From contig NIVC01001385.1 of NCBI GenBank assembly GCA_002269645.1, forward strand, positions 62,001 to 126,000: a stretch of DNA of 64,000 nucleotides, in the 5' to 3' direction. Each line of letters begins with the position of its first letter. Position 1 is the stretch's first letter. The stretch comes from Macrostomum lignano (taxonomy: Eukaryota). The position numbers and the translations under genes were made by a program. The notes beneath the pieces are model-generated. The model was not told the origin of the DNA, made no database searches, and saw only the letters and a program-made list of their open reading frames with translations. This document shows, one piece after another, positions 13,431 through 26,302 of the stretch.

Positions 13431-14395
13431 CATAGTCTAGATCATATTGAGTGCATGCTGAAATGTTCTAAACCAATGCATGCCAGTGCCAACTGCCAAG
13501 TAGATACATGCCAGTGCCAAGTAGATACACACCAGTGCCAAGTAGATGCACACTAGTGCCAAGCCATAGTCTGGATCATGTTGGCTACATGCTGGAATAA
13601 AAATTGTTTGCACACCAAGGATGTAGAGTTTTTTCAAATTGCATGCCAGTGCACGCCAATGTTGCATATCAGGTAGCGCTGATAAAGGGGCAGCGTGATA
13701 AAGAATATAGCCAATTCCCTAGCTGCCAGGTATATTGCCACAATGTTGTCACAACGTTGATATCTAATGTTTCTGAATTGTTGATGTCAATGTTGCGGCA
13801 ACATATTTTTTGTCGTTGCAAATGTTGTCATATGTTGCCATATAATGTTGCCATAACATTAAAGCAATGTTGACGTAACAACATTTTGAAATCTCTTTTC
13901 TTCCTACTGATAGTAATGCAGCGAGATTATTTAATTTGTAGTAGATTGTTTTAATATTCTGAAAAAAACAAAACGAGACGCAAGACCACCCTGCAGCTTT
14001 AATCCAATTCAATGGGAAGAATGAAACAAAATGGCGCACTCGAAGTACAACAAAAAGTTGTTGGTTTTATATTTTTCTAGATGGAATTTTACTTCAAAAC
14101 AGAATAAATTGCAAATGGTTTTTACTGCGCAAAGAGATGTCAATAGGGTTTGTTGTAAATTTGTAAGTCAATGGTATGCAAATATAACTTAGATAAGGGG
14201 GAAATAATATGGCATACAAAGTCATACAAAGCGGCTTTAAGAAGGAAAATCACTTTGCAGCATCATTTTTTTATATTCACCCACAACTAGAGGCTTCAAT
14301 ACAAAAATGTCCTTTGCTATCAAACAATCAAAGAAATTCGGACAGCTAGATGTTGACAAAATAACTTGGTACATTGCAATTGATTTTACACGCCA

Positions 14396-16929
14396 TTAAT
14401 AATTGTCTTCTTCGTCAGCGTCGTCAGCACCGAAACCTTCAGCATCGCCTTCGCCGTCCAATCTAGGACCAACACCAGAATCGGCAGCATTTTGCCCACT
14501 AGAGGCGCGTTCAGCTTTGCGACGTTCTCGAACGGCGGCAAAGCGCAGATGCTCGCCCACGGCTTCCTCGATCGCGAGTCCTGTCGCCGTCTTATGGGCC
14601 GTCCATACGACATCTGAGAACGAGAGAATTCCTGAATTATAAATTAAATCAAACACAAATGGACTATTTCAACGTCTGAATTAGAAACTAATGGGCATTA
14701 CATTCTGCTTTTCTTACTTTTGATAAGGGGGAGAAGTCCAAGGTTTTCAAACGGCAGTTTGGACACACCCCTACGAACGGCACCACGAAGGCTGTACTGC
14801 TTAGCCAATCCGTCGGTCATCAGTTGGTACATAAGGGTGCTTACTTGCGTTGAAACAGACTTTCCACCCAACCGACGGAGAAAGGCGAACTGAAATGTTG
14901 ATGTTGGTTGATCACAAAATTGAAGTCGAAAGAAGTCTTGTTAGATAGCTTCTTATAAGAATCTATCAAAGCTTGCAAATCGTTTTGCTATCATTGTACG
15001 ATATTTTAAAGAATCAGAAATCTCTAGCAAAAAAAGAAATCAGTGGCTTTAATTACAGTGCACATTGCATTCTAGCTGTATCATTTTATTTAACGAATAT
15101 TTACCACAGTCTCTGTTGACTTTCGATCCTCCTTGACTTGACGGCTCCATGCTAGAAGCCCCTCCGGGGAGTTGAACGGCAAGCCACCCAAAATGGCTTT
15201 GTCAGTAGGAATTTGGTTTTGTCAACTATCAGCAGCAGAATGAGCAGCGGGCAATGGGTTTGAGGAGATATGCTGCTCAATCGATTGAAGTCGCCGATCG
15301 ATGCTGCACACTTTAAGATACGTCGCCCGCTGCGACGCTGAAATATTAGAAAAATAAAATTGTTGTTTGCTTATTATACGCATATTATATGTTTTTGCTA
15401 TATATGTATCTGAGAAATATACTTCTATACGAGACAAACCATTTTTCTCATAAAAAATCAAAGCGTAGTTGTTGTGAAAATATAAAATGAGTATAAGCTA
15501 TAGTCATGTCAGTCAATGAACAGATTCATTTTAATATTTAGTGTGGATTCATGAATTTGGATCTAATGAGTAAATAGTGAGTCTATCTGTAAGCAGCATT
15601 TACTGGTAGGGTACAAAAAATATCATAACTGTTACCTTCTATTTTGGAAATCATAGAAGCAACTTCTGCCAAAGTTACAGTTGACGATTGTCCTGGACTA
15701 GCAACATCAGGTTGTTCTCCGTACAAATCGCCGAGAGTCACCAGAAGTGACTGTGTATTTGCAGCTGCGAAAGGCGACAGTTCGACCGATGGTGAATTTC
15801 GTAAGCCCGGCGACGACACTGCAGACGGCAGAGCAGACCGGTTACGATTCGCTGGTGATGATATTGCCGCAGCGCCAGCTGATGATGGCATTGCCGCAGC
15901 GCCAGCTGATGATGACACTGCCGCAGCGCCAGCTGATGATGGCATTGCCGCAGCGCCAGCAGATGATGACACTGCCGCAGCGCCAGCTGATGATGGCATT
16001 GCCGCAGCACGAGCTGATAAAATCCCACATGGTGCGGTAATAACTGATGTAGCTGAATTGTTGCTGTTGGGCCCAGGGCGGATGTTCGAAGCATGTGATT
16101 GTTGCAGTACAGTCTGCAGCCTTGGTGCCTTGGGTACCACAGTCGGTTCACCAGCTGGTAATCTCGATCTTGATTTGCGATTCCTTGAATATTCGATCTC
16201 CTCGTCCAGACAATTACTGTGTCTATCGATGAAGACATCAGCAGGTGGACGATGCCTCGACACTTCGCAGTCCGTAGATACGACGTCACCTTTGTTTTCA
16301 TAACGACTTCTTAATTTTAAAGCTGAGCGCCATGAATCTGAGAGGTTATATAACGAGAAGCGCAATGTAATGCAAATATTTTTCCCTGGCAGGTCATAAT
16401 TGAGCACTTTAATTCATATCAGTATTATGCGATACATTTTTTAGTTGTTTATTGTACGATGTAATTTGTAATAATGTCAGTTATAAATAAACAAGTAATA
16501 AACAAAAATACAAACCAAGTGCAAAAAACCTATATTTTATACATACATAGGCATACATATATGGGCTTTGAAACTTCACAAGTCACTATTAACCATGCTT
16601 TACAGTAAAATGACAAACATATTTACTCTTGAAACTCTTTAAAAGTATATGCTAAACGGGAAACAAACCCTGAACTGAGAAAAACCAGCTTACGTACCAT
16701 GCTGTGCCAATACGATCACCTCGTGTAGAGTCCAATTTTCGTCTGGAGCGATCCGTCCATCGATTGCCTTCTCATACGCTCGTCTTGGGGGCCACAGCAC
16801 AGTCGTCGGGGACTTGAACCATGTTTTGAGTACCAAATCGAAAGAACGGTCGGCAGCGAATAAAACGAGAGCATAGGTCAGAGCAGGCATCGATGGCTCT
16901 TCTTGATCAGAGTCAGAAGATGACATCAT
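14396..16929 (-). pseudogene. ORF2 of element A (DUF4806-like), five exons, one stop and one frameshift
   Basis: Phase-compatible GT-AG exons 16929-16698, 16337-15636, 15337-15105, 14889-14718, 14613-14396; N-terminal YALVLF..W..WPP..W motif; LRRLGGKSVSTQVSTLMYQLMTDGLAKQYSLRG; AIEEAVGEHLRFA. Confidence 0.75.
15866..16010. repeat. 27-bp coding tandem repeat (SSAGAAAMP/SSAGAAAVS), alternating units
   Basis: gccgcagcgccagctgatgatg(g/a)ca(t/c)t, about 5-6 copies. Confidence 0.9.
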
Positions 16930-16968
16930 GAAACTGAATTTAAATCGGAACGCTTGAACAGGCAAATT

Positions 16969-19157
16969 TCAAAAGGTGTGCAAAATAGGAAGTGCTACTA
17001 AGCTGCCTTCGCGCTGCTTCAAAAGCATCCCTTTGCACAATAAATCGGCAGATGGGATGAAGCTCAAATCACAAGAGAGATCGCTAACAACTACTATATT
17101 TATATCTAACGAATTGACAGCGCTGTCATAAAATGGTTCCATACGGCGATACTGTAGACCAACTAGAATAAAACTATTATCAACGCATGATAAAATATGC
17201 TTCACGCAAACAACAGCACCTTGCTTAGTAAAAACATAGCAATCCGGATGTAAATTGGAAATGAATGTGTGTCGATCAGGCAGAATTACTTTTGAAAAGG
17301 CTCCGGAGATAGATAAATGATGGACAGTAATGTTAGGAATCGGTCTAATTCCAGAAAAAGACACATTCTGAGTTCCAGAAAACTTATCAAAATAGCCTAG
17401 GGTAACATCTCTTTCTAGAACTCGCTTGACAACTTGTTGCAGGGTGAATGATGGGCCTCTACAAAACTTAGTAAAAAAGCGTATAAAGTTTTCACCCCAA
17501 AAGCAGCTAAAATTTTCGAGACAACCGAACAGTCGCACGTCATTCGGCACATGGATTAGGGCGTGAATCGAAAATACAATGAACTCTGGGCCCCATGCTT
17601 TTGTGCACTCAGAAACAAACCACTTGATGAGGTCCTCTGAGAAATCGCAATAATGCGAACATAAAACGGGATGCGACATAAGAAATGTGAATGTGTGCAA
17701 TGAGAGAATTAACTGGTACATAACAGAACTAACAATTCCCTTCAGAGCAACAGGTGCAAGATATAAGATAAACATGCGCAATTCTGTTGCCTTCCAGAGT
17801 TTTAAAACATTAAGGGATCGCGGCCGACGAGGAAAATCGTGCGTTATACATGATCTCAGAGACGTTAATGTTGTGCTGATTTGCCGTATAGAAAGCGAAG
17901 GGACGCGGTAGTCAACATGTGCGGCAGATAAGGACTTTAAAATTCTGAAAACAGCGCCCTCATAAATCAGGTGCATGGGATCTAATGGAAAGCACTTGAT
18001 CATGTCTATTGCTAAGGACAAAAACGGACTTTGTTGGCGATTGCGAATGTGGTCTATATAGGCTTCAGGCGTGCGGAACATATCATCAGTGCGAAGAGGT
18101 GCAGAAACATCGACAAAACAGACCCTACGTGCAACATACTCGCCTTCGACTACGCATTTGTCACATGAAAAGTAGCCTGTGCAATGTTTGGTACTTTTAA
18201 CATAGGATCGAGCAGGTGTGTCGCACATTACCATCCTCAAAATAAAGGGAACACATTTTCCATTTGGCATTATGAATCCAGCTGAGATTAAACTGTGCAG
18301 CTCAGCTATGCAATCAGCCAGAAAGTCATTAACAAAGGCAGGCTTCGAATCGCCACAATAGATGCCGATGATAAAAGAACAGTCACAAAGGTCCCTTAGG
18401 CGTCCAAAAATTGGCCAAATGGTACATGTTGTGCTCCGATAGACCTGCGCACCATCAATAAAAAGATGAAAAAAAACGGTACTCATCAGCAACAAAGATA
18501 GACAATTAGCCAGTACAAAATTTAAAGCAGCTTTGACACCAAAATGGTAATAGTGGCCAGGTTCAACAGTTTTTACAGATACTTTGCGTTCAGTTTTCAT
18601 CAGAGTACGATAGTCACGTGGCAGGCCAGGCTCAATGGCTTCCAAGCGATGAAGTAAATCATTAACCATTGCAGTGTCTGGATCTTTTGCTTTGACCCAA
18701 TTACAGAGAGCAGTTTGTAGTTGCTCCCTACGGTCAATCAAGTTAAGCTCAGACTCCATAGCCGAAAATTCAGAGCCTCGATCAGATAGATTAGCACTAC
18801 TTTGAAAGCTTGCATTACTTGAACCTGAAAAGTGTGACAATTTTTAGGGAGTCAAAATATATTTCATCTATAGTAGAGCAAAAAATGGATAAACAGTTAA
18901 CCACAAATTAACTTACCAAAATGGTTTAGAGCCTGTACCACTTCAAACTCTTTAGATCCTATATCTGCTTCCATTTCAACTTCTTGTTGGTTGCTAGACA
19001 GAGATACACAGGAATCTTGAGCTTCTAGTACTTGGTCAACTGACAGTCCTATATTAGGATATTCAGAAGCAGATGCAGAACTTCTCTGGTCTTGGACCAT
19101 ATAGTACTCAGATAGTGCTTGCCTCTGAATAGTACGTTTGCTCATTTGCTTCTCCAT
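16969..19157 (-). CDS. CMC/EnSpm DDE transposase, two exons (19157-18917, 18824-16969), apparently intact, about 700 aa
   Basis: Uninterrupted 623-codon frame with FIDGAQ, CDTPARS..GYFSCDKC, LDPMHLIYEG, WKATELRMF, HALIH and FWGENF; the GT-AG intron 18916-18825 joins the upstream exon in frame. Confidence 0.88.
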
Positions 19158-21929
19158 GATTTTGTAAAGATCTGAAAAGTTTTTGATTTATTGAATATTA
19201 ATGTGAAAACTGAAGAATATAGCCCATATGACAATGACTATATCACAAAGGATATATACATTGCTTATACATAAGTAGTTATATCTAAACTTTACTTAAT
19301 GGTATGATACATTTGTAAATAAGATGCATTCTTAGTAGATGCATTTCTTAGTCTTTTCCTCACTTTTTTCTCTAACCTTTATATACATAACACTGGCCTG
19401 TTCACACGCGCTTCTTTGAATAAACTTTTTCTTGACCATATTATGGAGCTGAGATCTGCAGCTTTCATTTGAATCAAGTTACAATTGAAACAGACTGAAA
19501 TTATATCTGCTAGAAGACATTGTAGCAAGGGTTTCAGAACTTTTGATGGACAATATATATTAGCTTTTTTCCATTGACCTTATCCCTTAGCCCTAGGGCA
19601 GCACAGTCCAGATTGGCCCAGATTGTTCTTTGCTAATAGAACTGATACTCAGGGCCATAGCAACCCACAACTAATAAATTAAAGTACATGAACTAACTGA
19701 TTGAGTACACATGCAGCCAGCTAACATGACCACCCAATAGGCTTCCCCCCCTAGTTATGAAAATAATTTTTTTCCAAAACAGTAAAAAGGCCTAATTAGT
19801 ATATAATAAATTAAGCAATTATATAAATATTAGGTTTAAGCTAAAATAGCCAATATAGAAAAAAATCAAAGGGCATTCAAGAAAATATTTTGAAATCAAC
19901 ATAATTAAAATACCTAAATACTCGTAAATAGGGATATAATAAAATTATATTTGAAAAACTATATACTATTTAAATATTTTAATTATTCTTGATAACTTAT
20001 AAGCCCCATGGCTATGTCTATAGTCAGTAGGTGTAGCTAGGAATTTCCTACAGGGGATATACCAAGGAGAATTTTTTATGGAAGGTATACCAAGGTAAAA
20101 GTATTATGATAGAGTTACATGGTAGCATATATAGCAACAAAAGGCAACAAAAAATATTAGTTAGGCTCTTTAGGGAAGGATACATCCCCCTATCCTCCCT
20201 CCCTATACCTTTGCCTATAGTAAAATATAGATGAAAAAACTAAAAATAATGGCTCAATACTACAATAAGTTGAGTCCAGTTGGAATTATTCATTTAAACC
20301 TAGGCTTCAAGTGTAGGCCTAATTTTTTTAATTATATATAAACTTAGATTTAGCACATGCTAGCATACAAAGTTTTATAGTTCAAGCTAGGTTAGGCCTA
20401 CCATCTAGGCTACTAAGTTCTAATTTTAGGCCTAGCCTATCCAATTTTTAATACCAACTTAAATAAAAATAAAAATGGCCTACCTACATTACATACTATA
20501 ATTTTTTATAAATTAAATGCCTAAAATACTTAAATAAAGCTTAGAACACATCCAAAACTATCTACTAGGGCAGCAAGGTCTGAAAATAAATGACGCCTAG
20601 CTATGCCTTTGTCTGGTTGTCTAGCTAAGTTAAGATTAAGAAAGACTGGGACTATAGAACTGTTTAAAAAACAATGAGGTAACTAGTGACTTGAATATTG
20701 AAAAATGTCATAAGTAGTGTTAGACTCTACAATAACCAAATATTAGCCTGTTCTAACAAGAACTATCTAACAAGGGCTACAAGCAAGCTCAAGAATTTTA
20801 TCCATGCAAATTTTATCCATGTATTGTTTACATCTTTTAAGTTTTATAAACGATAAATTGTATTGAGCAATACACTTCTTCTAACATTAACAAAAGAAAA
20901 TACTTATTAAGGCCTAAAAAACGACAAAAAAAATTTGTACTTAAATATAAATTTTCTGTGCCTTGGCTACTTTCAAAGAAACAGCCTTTTACCAGCTAAA
21001 TGGTTTTATTATTTTCTAATTTTTGAGCAAGGTCATGTGCCCTTATGTTCTACTATAAGCAGCCTCAATAGTAAAATACCACTACAAAATAAAATGTTGT
21101 CACGGCAACATTGTTACAATGTAGCTGAAACATAAAATGTCACGGCAATATCTATGCAACACTGTCAATATTGGTACAACATAAACTGGCAGTAAGGGTT
21201 GTCGACTACTTTGCTGACAATGTATTGCGCAGCTCTTGGTTTAGAAAAAAATGGCGTCTGATGCCCTCGGATGCCGGCGTCACTGTTGCCAGAATAATAG
21301 GTTTTGGCAGCCTCGTCTAAAAATTTCTTGCAGGCCTGGCTGCCTATAGAGGGGATCATCCACTTCAGCTTGGAGCAAAGCTGAAGGGTACTATTGGCTT
21401 GTCCCCTGCTGCTGCTGCAATCGCATCGTCAAATAAAAGGACTTGACAATGGCTTCTGAAAAAAGTAAGTTGTCACTTAATGTTTGTTTGGTTTGCCATG
21501 TTTAATGGTTAAACTATGGTTTGGGATTTTAGAAGCAATAAAATAAATACCAGAGCTACCGCAATGAAGTGCAAAGTCCAGCAGCGCACAGGCCTTCTTC
21601 CCAGCCCGCTGAAAAACAAGCGGATTCACATAAAACCAGGTAGATCTTGGTTGTGACTTTTGACACTATGTAACACTTGTTTACAGTGCCAGTTTTGACA
21701 CTTCTTCGACAATACTTTTGTCCAGCCTGTGACACTTCATTTTGACACTGGAAATAGAAAAGGAAGAAATGCGAGTGTTACGAGACACTCAATGACAGTT
21801 GTCAAATGACAGTAAAGCGATGGCCTCTGAAGACACTGGTAACACTAAAATATGACACTAGTACTTACACTCAACTGTGACAGTAGATTGACAGTCCCTA
21901 GACAGTGGTAAGTGACACTGAAGGACACT

Positions 21930-22400
21930 CAGTTTTACACTGCTTTGACACTGCCTTGACACTCCTCCGACACTACCTGACACTACCTGGACACTCCTCC
22001 GACACTGCCCTGACACTACCCGACACTACCTGGATGCTCCTCCAACACTGCCTGACACTGCCCGGACACTCCTCCAACACTGCCTGACACTACCCAACAT
22101 TACCTGGACACTCCTCTGACACTGTCCTGACACTACTTGGACACTCCTCTGACACTGTCCTGACACTGCCCTGACACTACCCGACACTACCTGGACACTC
22201 CTCCGACACTGCCCTGACACTGCCCTGACACTACTTAGACATTCCTCCGACACTGCTTGACACTACCCGACACTACCTGGACATTCCTCCGACACTGTCC
22301 TGACACTGCCCTGACACTACCTGGACACTCCTCCAACACTGCCCTGACACTACCTGGACACTCCTCCGACACTACCCTGACACTGCCCTGACATAGCTCT
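21930..22400. repeat. CTGACACT-based subterminal array of element B (left)
   Basis: Dense ctgacact(g/a)c repeats; inverted counterpart at 30790-31270. Confidence 0.92.
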
Positions 22401-23052
22401 GATACTGGCCGAGTGTGATCTGACAGTTTTTGGACACTGCTCTCGATATAGAATATAGGAAATGAATACCAGTGAACACTGCAGGAGAAGAGTTTGATCC
22501 AAAAGAAGTTGTAAAGTTGTATTAGATATCAGAGATCAAGAGCGCCAATCAGAAAAAATCAAGCTTATCAGCCAATATGTCAGAGAACACCAAGCGGATC
22601 CACCAAACAGAGAACACCAAGCTTATCAGCTTGTTTTGACAATTCTTGCCAGAGAATTTCAGTTTTTCTAATTAGAACAAAAATAGGAAAATAGTTGTAC
22701 ACTGTTTAAATTCCTAAGCAGCAAATGGCAAGCAACGATTGGGAAAATTGGAATGCCTGAACTGGACATGCAAAAGAATTGGCAATATCCACCAAACAGA
22801 GAACACTAAGCTTATCAGCTTGTTTTGAAAATTCTTGCACAGAGAATTTTATTTTCCTAATTAGAATAAAAATAGGAAAATAGAAAATTGTAATGCCCGA
22901 ACTGGACATGAAAAAGAATTGGCGATATAAACATGTGAAGTAGCCCCTCCATAGAGGTGTGGGCATTAAAAAAACACCTTTCAGTTTGGACTAATGAAGA
23001 AATTACTAGTGACTAATTAAAATGCAAATTCATTGTTTTAAATAGTAAATTA

Positions 23053-25012
23053 TTAGACATGTTCATCGGTGGGCTGTTTGATCGGGTGGGCATCATCACC
23101 AATCTCGCTAATCTCGCTCCCGACGGTGGCGGTGCTGGAGCCACTCGCAGCATTCGCAGGCTGCACAATCAGGCAGGCATTGTCACCAATCTTGCTAATC
23201 TCGCTCCCAACAGTGGCGGTGCTGGAGCCGCTCGCAGCATTGGCGGGCTGCACAATCAGGCGGGCATTATCACCAATTTCGCTAATCTTGCTCCTGACAG
23301 TGGCGTTGCCGGAGCCGCTCGCAGCATTGGCGGGCTGCACGATCGGGCAGGCATTGTCACCAATCTCGCTAATCTCGCTCCCAACAGTGGCAGTGCCGGA
23401 GCCGCTCGCAGCATTGGCGGGCTGCACAATCGGGTGGGCATCGTCACCAATCTCGCTAATCTCGCTCTCGACGGTGGCAGTGCCAGAGCCGCTCGCAGCA
23501 TTGGCAGGCTATACAATCGGGCGGGCATTGTCACCAATCTCGCTAATCTCACTCCCAACTGTGGTGGTGCCGGAGCCGCTCGCAGCATTGGCAGGCTGCA
23601 CAATCGGGTGGGCATTGTCACCAATCTTGCTCCCAATGGTGGCAGTACCGAAGCCACTTGCAGCATTGGCGACATTGGACTTCACATTGCTGCCCTTCCC
23701 ACTATCCAGCTGCTTGCAAGCTGCGGTGGCCATGTGCCAAAATACCTGCGGCAACTGCTTGGCGCAAATGGACTGCAGGCCCAATGAATTTATATATTCC
23801 TCAATAGTAGCCTGCTTGGTCGCATCCGCTGCGGGCCTATTCGTGCCGTTTTTTATAACCCGGCCTGTGAAACTGCATGTCCCAAGTTCTTCGGTGGAAT
23901 ATACAGCACAAAGCAGGCTCCGAAGAGCCTTGTCAAGAACCGCCACATCCACCTCCTTTCCCTTTTTAGTTAGGTAGTTGCGGAATTCCTGTTTGATAAC
24001 AGATAACGCAGTCGCCGAAACTTGAACGCTTGCCATCAGATGAGCGCACTCCTCATCAGCATGCGGTCCAACATCGGCCTTGGTGCCAGCTTCCTTAGCC
24101 ACCGCGCCGTCTGATGGGTTGCTGGGCTTCAGCGGGTCCGACGTACTGTTCAGCACTACAAGGTCTATTGCGATGTCTTCGTATTGCTGCGGCTCTGTCC
24201 CCGCGTTAATAGCTCCTGAGTTGCAGGGATCGACTGGGTTGTTAACATTCACAGATTTTAACCCGGCCAACACGTTGCCGCTGTCCTTGCAAGTGCGCAG
24301 TCCAGCGCTCACTGCGGTCGCCACGTCTGCGAATGCATCCTGCAGTACGCGATGTTCCGCCTTAAGTATGCCTAAGTGGGTGCTGTACGTGCGGAGCACT
24401 GACTCTGCAGCCTTCTGGTCGGCTTCATTAGCAGACTGTTGTTTGGCTAGTGTAGCCTTTATTTTCTCCAGTTCATTTTTACTTTCTTCTAGCTCAGCTT
24501 TGTAGCTGGCAGCTATTGCCTGCTGTGACTTCGCTCTTCATCTGCAAGCTGCAGTACGCGCTCCAATTTGGAACGCAGGGTCGCCGCTTCCTGCTGCAGG
24601 GTGGCGCAGCGAGTGCAGGTATTCGCCACTCGAATGATTGGCTCTGCTGGCGCGCTGACGCAGCACTTAATGGCTCTCTCACCCTCCTTTTTTTCGGTAT
24701 ACGGCCCCTTGAACAGTGTGCCTTCGCCTTAGCCGCATTTTTTGCGACGCGCACGAGAACATGGGCACCTAGTACGAGCAGCTCGCTCTCGGGAAGCGTG
24801 TCCGGATCCGTTTCCGCCGCAGCAGATTCGGGTTTAACACTTAGCTGCGCGCGATTCACGAGGCTGACCTCTTTTTTGCCTGTCGCCCAGCGGACGACCC
24901 ACCACTCGTCCAAATCCTGTTGGGGAACCGTCGTCCGTCGAGTGGTCGACGAGCAATTTTTCTCTGCAGCTTTTCTCTTTGTGGTGGCATTCGATTTCTT
25001 GGAGGGCGCCAT
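23053..25012 (-). pseudogene. BEN-domain-like accessory protein with coiled coil and 87-bp C-terminal repeats
   Basis: MAPSKK start; CTRC plus coiled coil; ALRSLLCAVYSTEELGTCSFTGRVIKNGTNRPAADATKQATIEEYI resembles a BEN fold; frameshift and stops near 24490-24720; 29-aa repeats at 23053-23680. Confidence 0.7.
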
Positions 25013-25336
25013 TTTTTCTCTGCAAATGGAAGGGAAACGTTGCTTCTGAAACGACAGACTGCTCCGAACATAATGCTGAATTTTTTTTAAATAATGAACT
25101 GATGTAACAATGAACAACACTTTCGAAACGATACGAAACGACACGACATTTGTTTTAATGAAAAAGGCACTTTCCGTACTTCGTTTACTCACATAATAGT
25201 AGGCTTAATGAACATTAAGTATAAGATAAACTACCATAGACGACCATTCCCCACTTCGAAAGAGCCCAAAAAAACGACAATTATTGTTGTAGTCAGATTT
25301 TAAATAACGGCGATTGTACGACTCCTTCACTATGTA

Positions 25337-26229
25337 CACTCACCAACATTTAAAACGCAACACTCTAACTAGAAGAAAAATCAACTCACTCAGAAGAGTC
25401 AAAGCGCATAGTCTATGGTTCAAATCGAGCTTCTGAAACGCGTGTAGCCTCCTCTCGCAAGTAACAGGGCGTTGACTCGACGTGGCATTCCCAGAACAAG
25501 GCGTCGAAAAAAGTCCTGGGGAATTTCCTGCCACGCGTTAGCAACAGCGTTTCGCAGTTCAGCGACTGTCTGCGGCGGATTCTGCCGTTGAACACTCCGC
25601 TTGATAAAGTCCCAGACATGTTCAATTGGGTTCATATCAGGGGATCTTGAAGGCCACCGAAGAGTACGCAGGTGCAGCTGGTCCTTGAGTTCGCTGACAG
25701 CTGCTGCCCGGTGCGCCGGTGCATTATCGTCCTGCAGTATGCAGTTTGCGACGCCATCAAAGTGGTTGTTAACAAAAGGGAGCAGATGCGTCTGCAGCAA
25801 ACGAGCGTACTCATCGCCGTTCACGTTTGCGTCTAAGAAAACCAGCTGGGTCCTGCCTCGCATTGAAATCCCTGCCCACACGTGTACGGAGGGTCCCTGC
25901 CCATCGCAGCTTTGCACGTGCTGCTGCAGAAGCTCTTGCCATGGCTCACGCCAGACGCGAATTCGACCATCACTGCGAAAAAGACGAAACCGACTCTCGT
26001 CTGTAAAGATAACGCGCTGCCACTGTCTGTTGAACCATTCTGTTGAACCATTCTCTCAGCTGGATCACTCTATCTGAAAACAGTCCATAGTCATCGCCCT
26101 GTTACTTGCGAGAGGAAGCTACACGCGTTTCTGAAGCTCGATTTGAACCATAGACTATGCGCTTTGACTCTTCTGAGTGAGTTGATTTTTTTTCTAGTTA
26201 GAGTGTTGCGTTTTAAATGTTGCTGAGTG
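25337..26229 (-). mobile_element. Internally deleted Tc1 (DD34E) element with 135-bp TIRs and TA TSD, nested in element B
   Basis: TIRs 25337-25471 and 26095-26229, nearly identical; TA flanks; VIFTDESRF, VWAGI and QDDNAPAH..WPSRSPDMNPIEHVW (34 residues between D and E). Confidence 0.93.
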
Positions 26230-26302
26230 TATACTCCTTCACTAGTGTCTAATTTCACAGACGGAGGCTCTAACGAATGAGACAAACAGAAGCCCCTTAG
26301 AA

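Larger units (their letters stand above)
13717..21198 (-). mobile_element. Full-length CACTA/EnSpm (CMC) element A with TT TSD
   Basis: TIRs CCCTAGCTGCCAGGTATATTG and CCCTTACTGCCAGTTTATGTTG; TT on both flanks; ATGTTG/CAACAT subterminal repeats; transposase plus ORF2. Confidence 0.9.

Noticed and set aside
15644-16303. Long antisense ORFs over TE genes (also 23059-23977, 28431-28961, 63326-63862)
   Set aside because: Shadow frames of GC-rich or repetitive coding sequence on the opposite strand.
21905-22253. ORFs in the CTGACACT/AGTGTCAG arrays (also 30598-31322)
   Set aside because: Translations of subterminal repeats.
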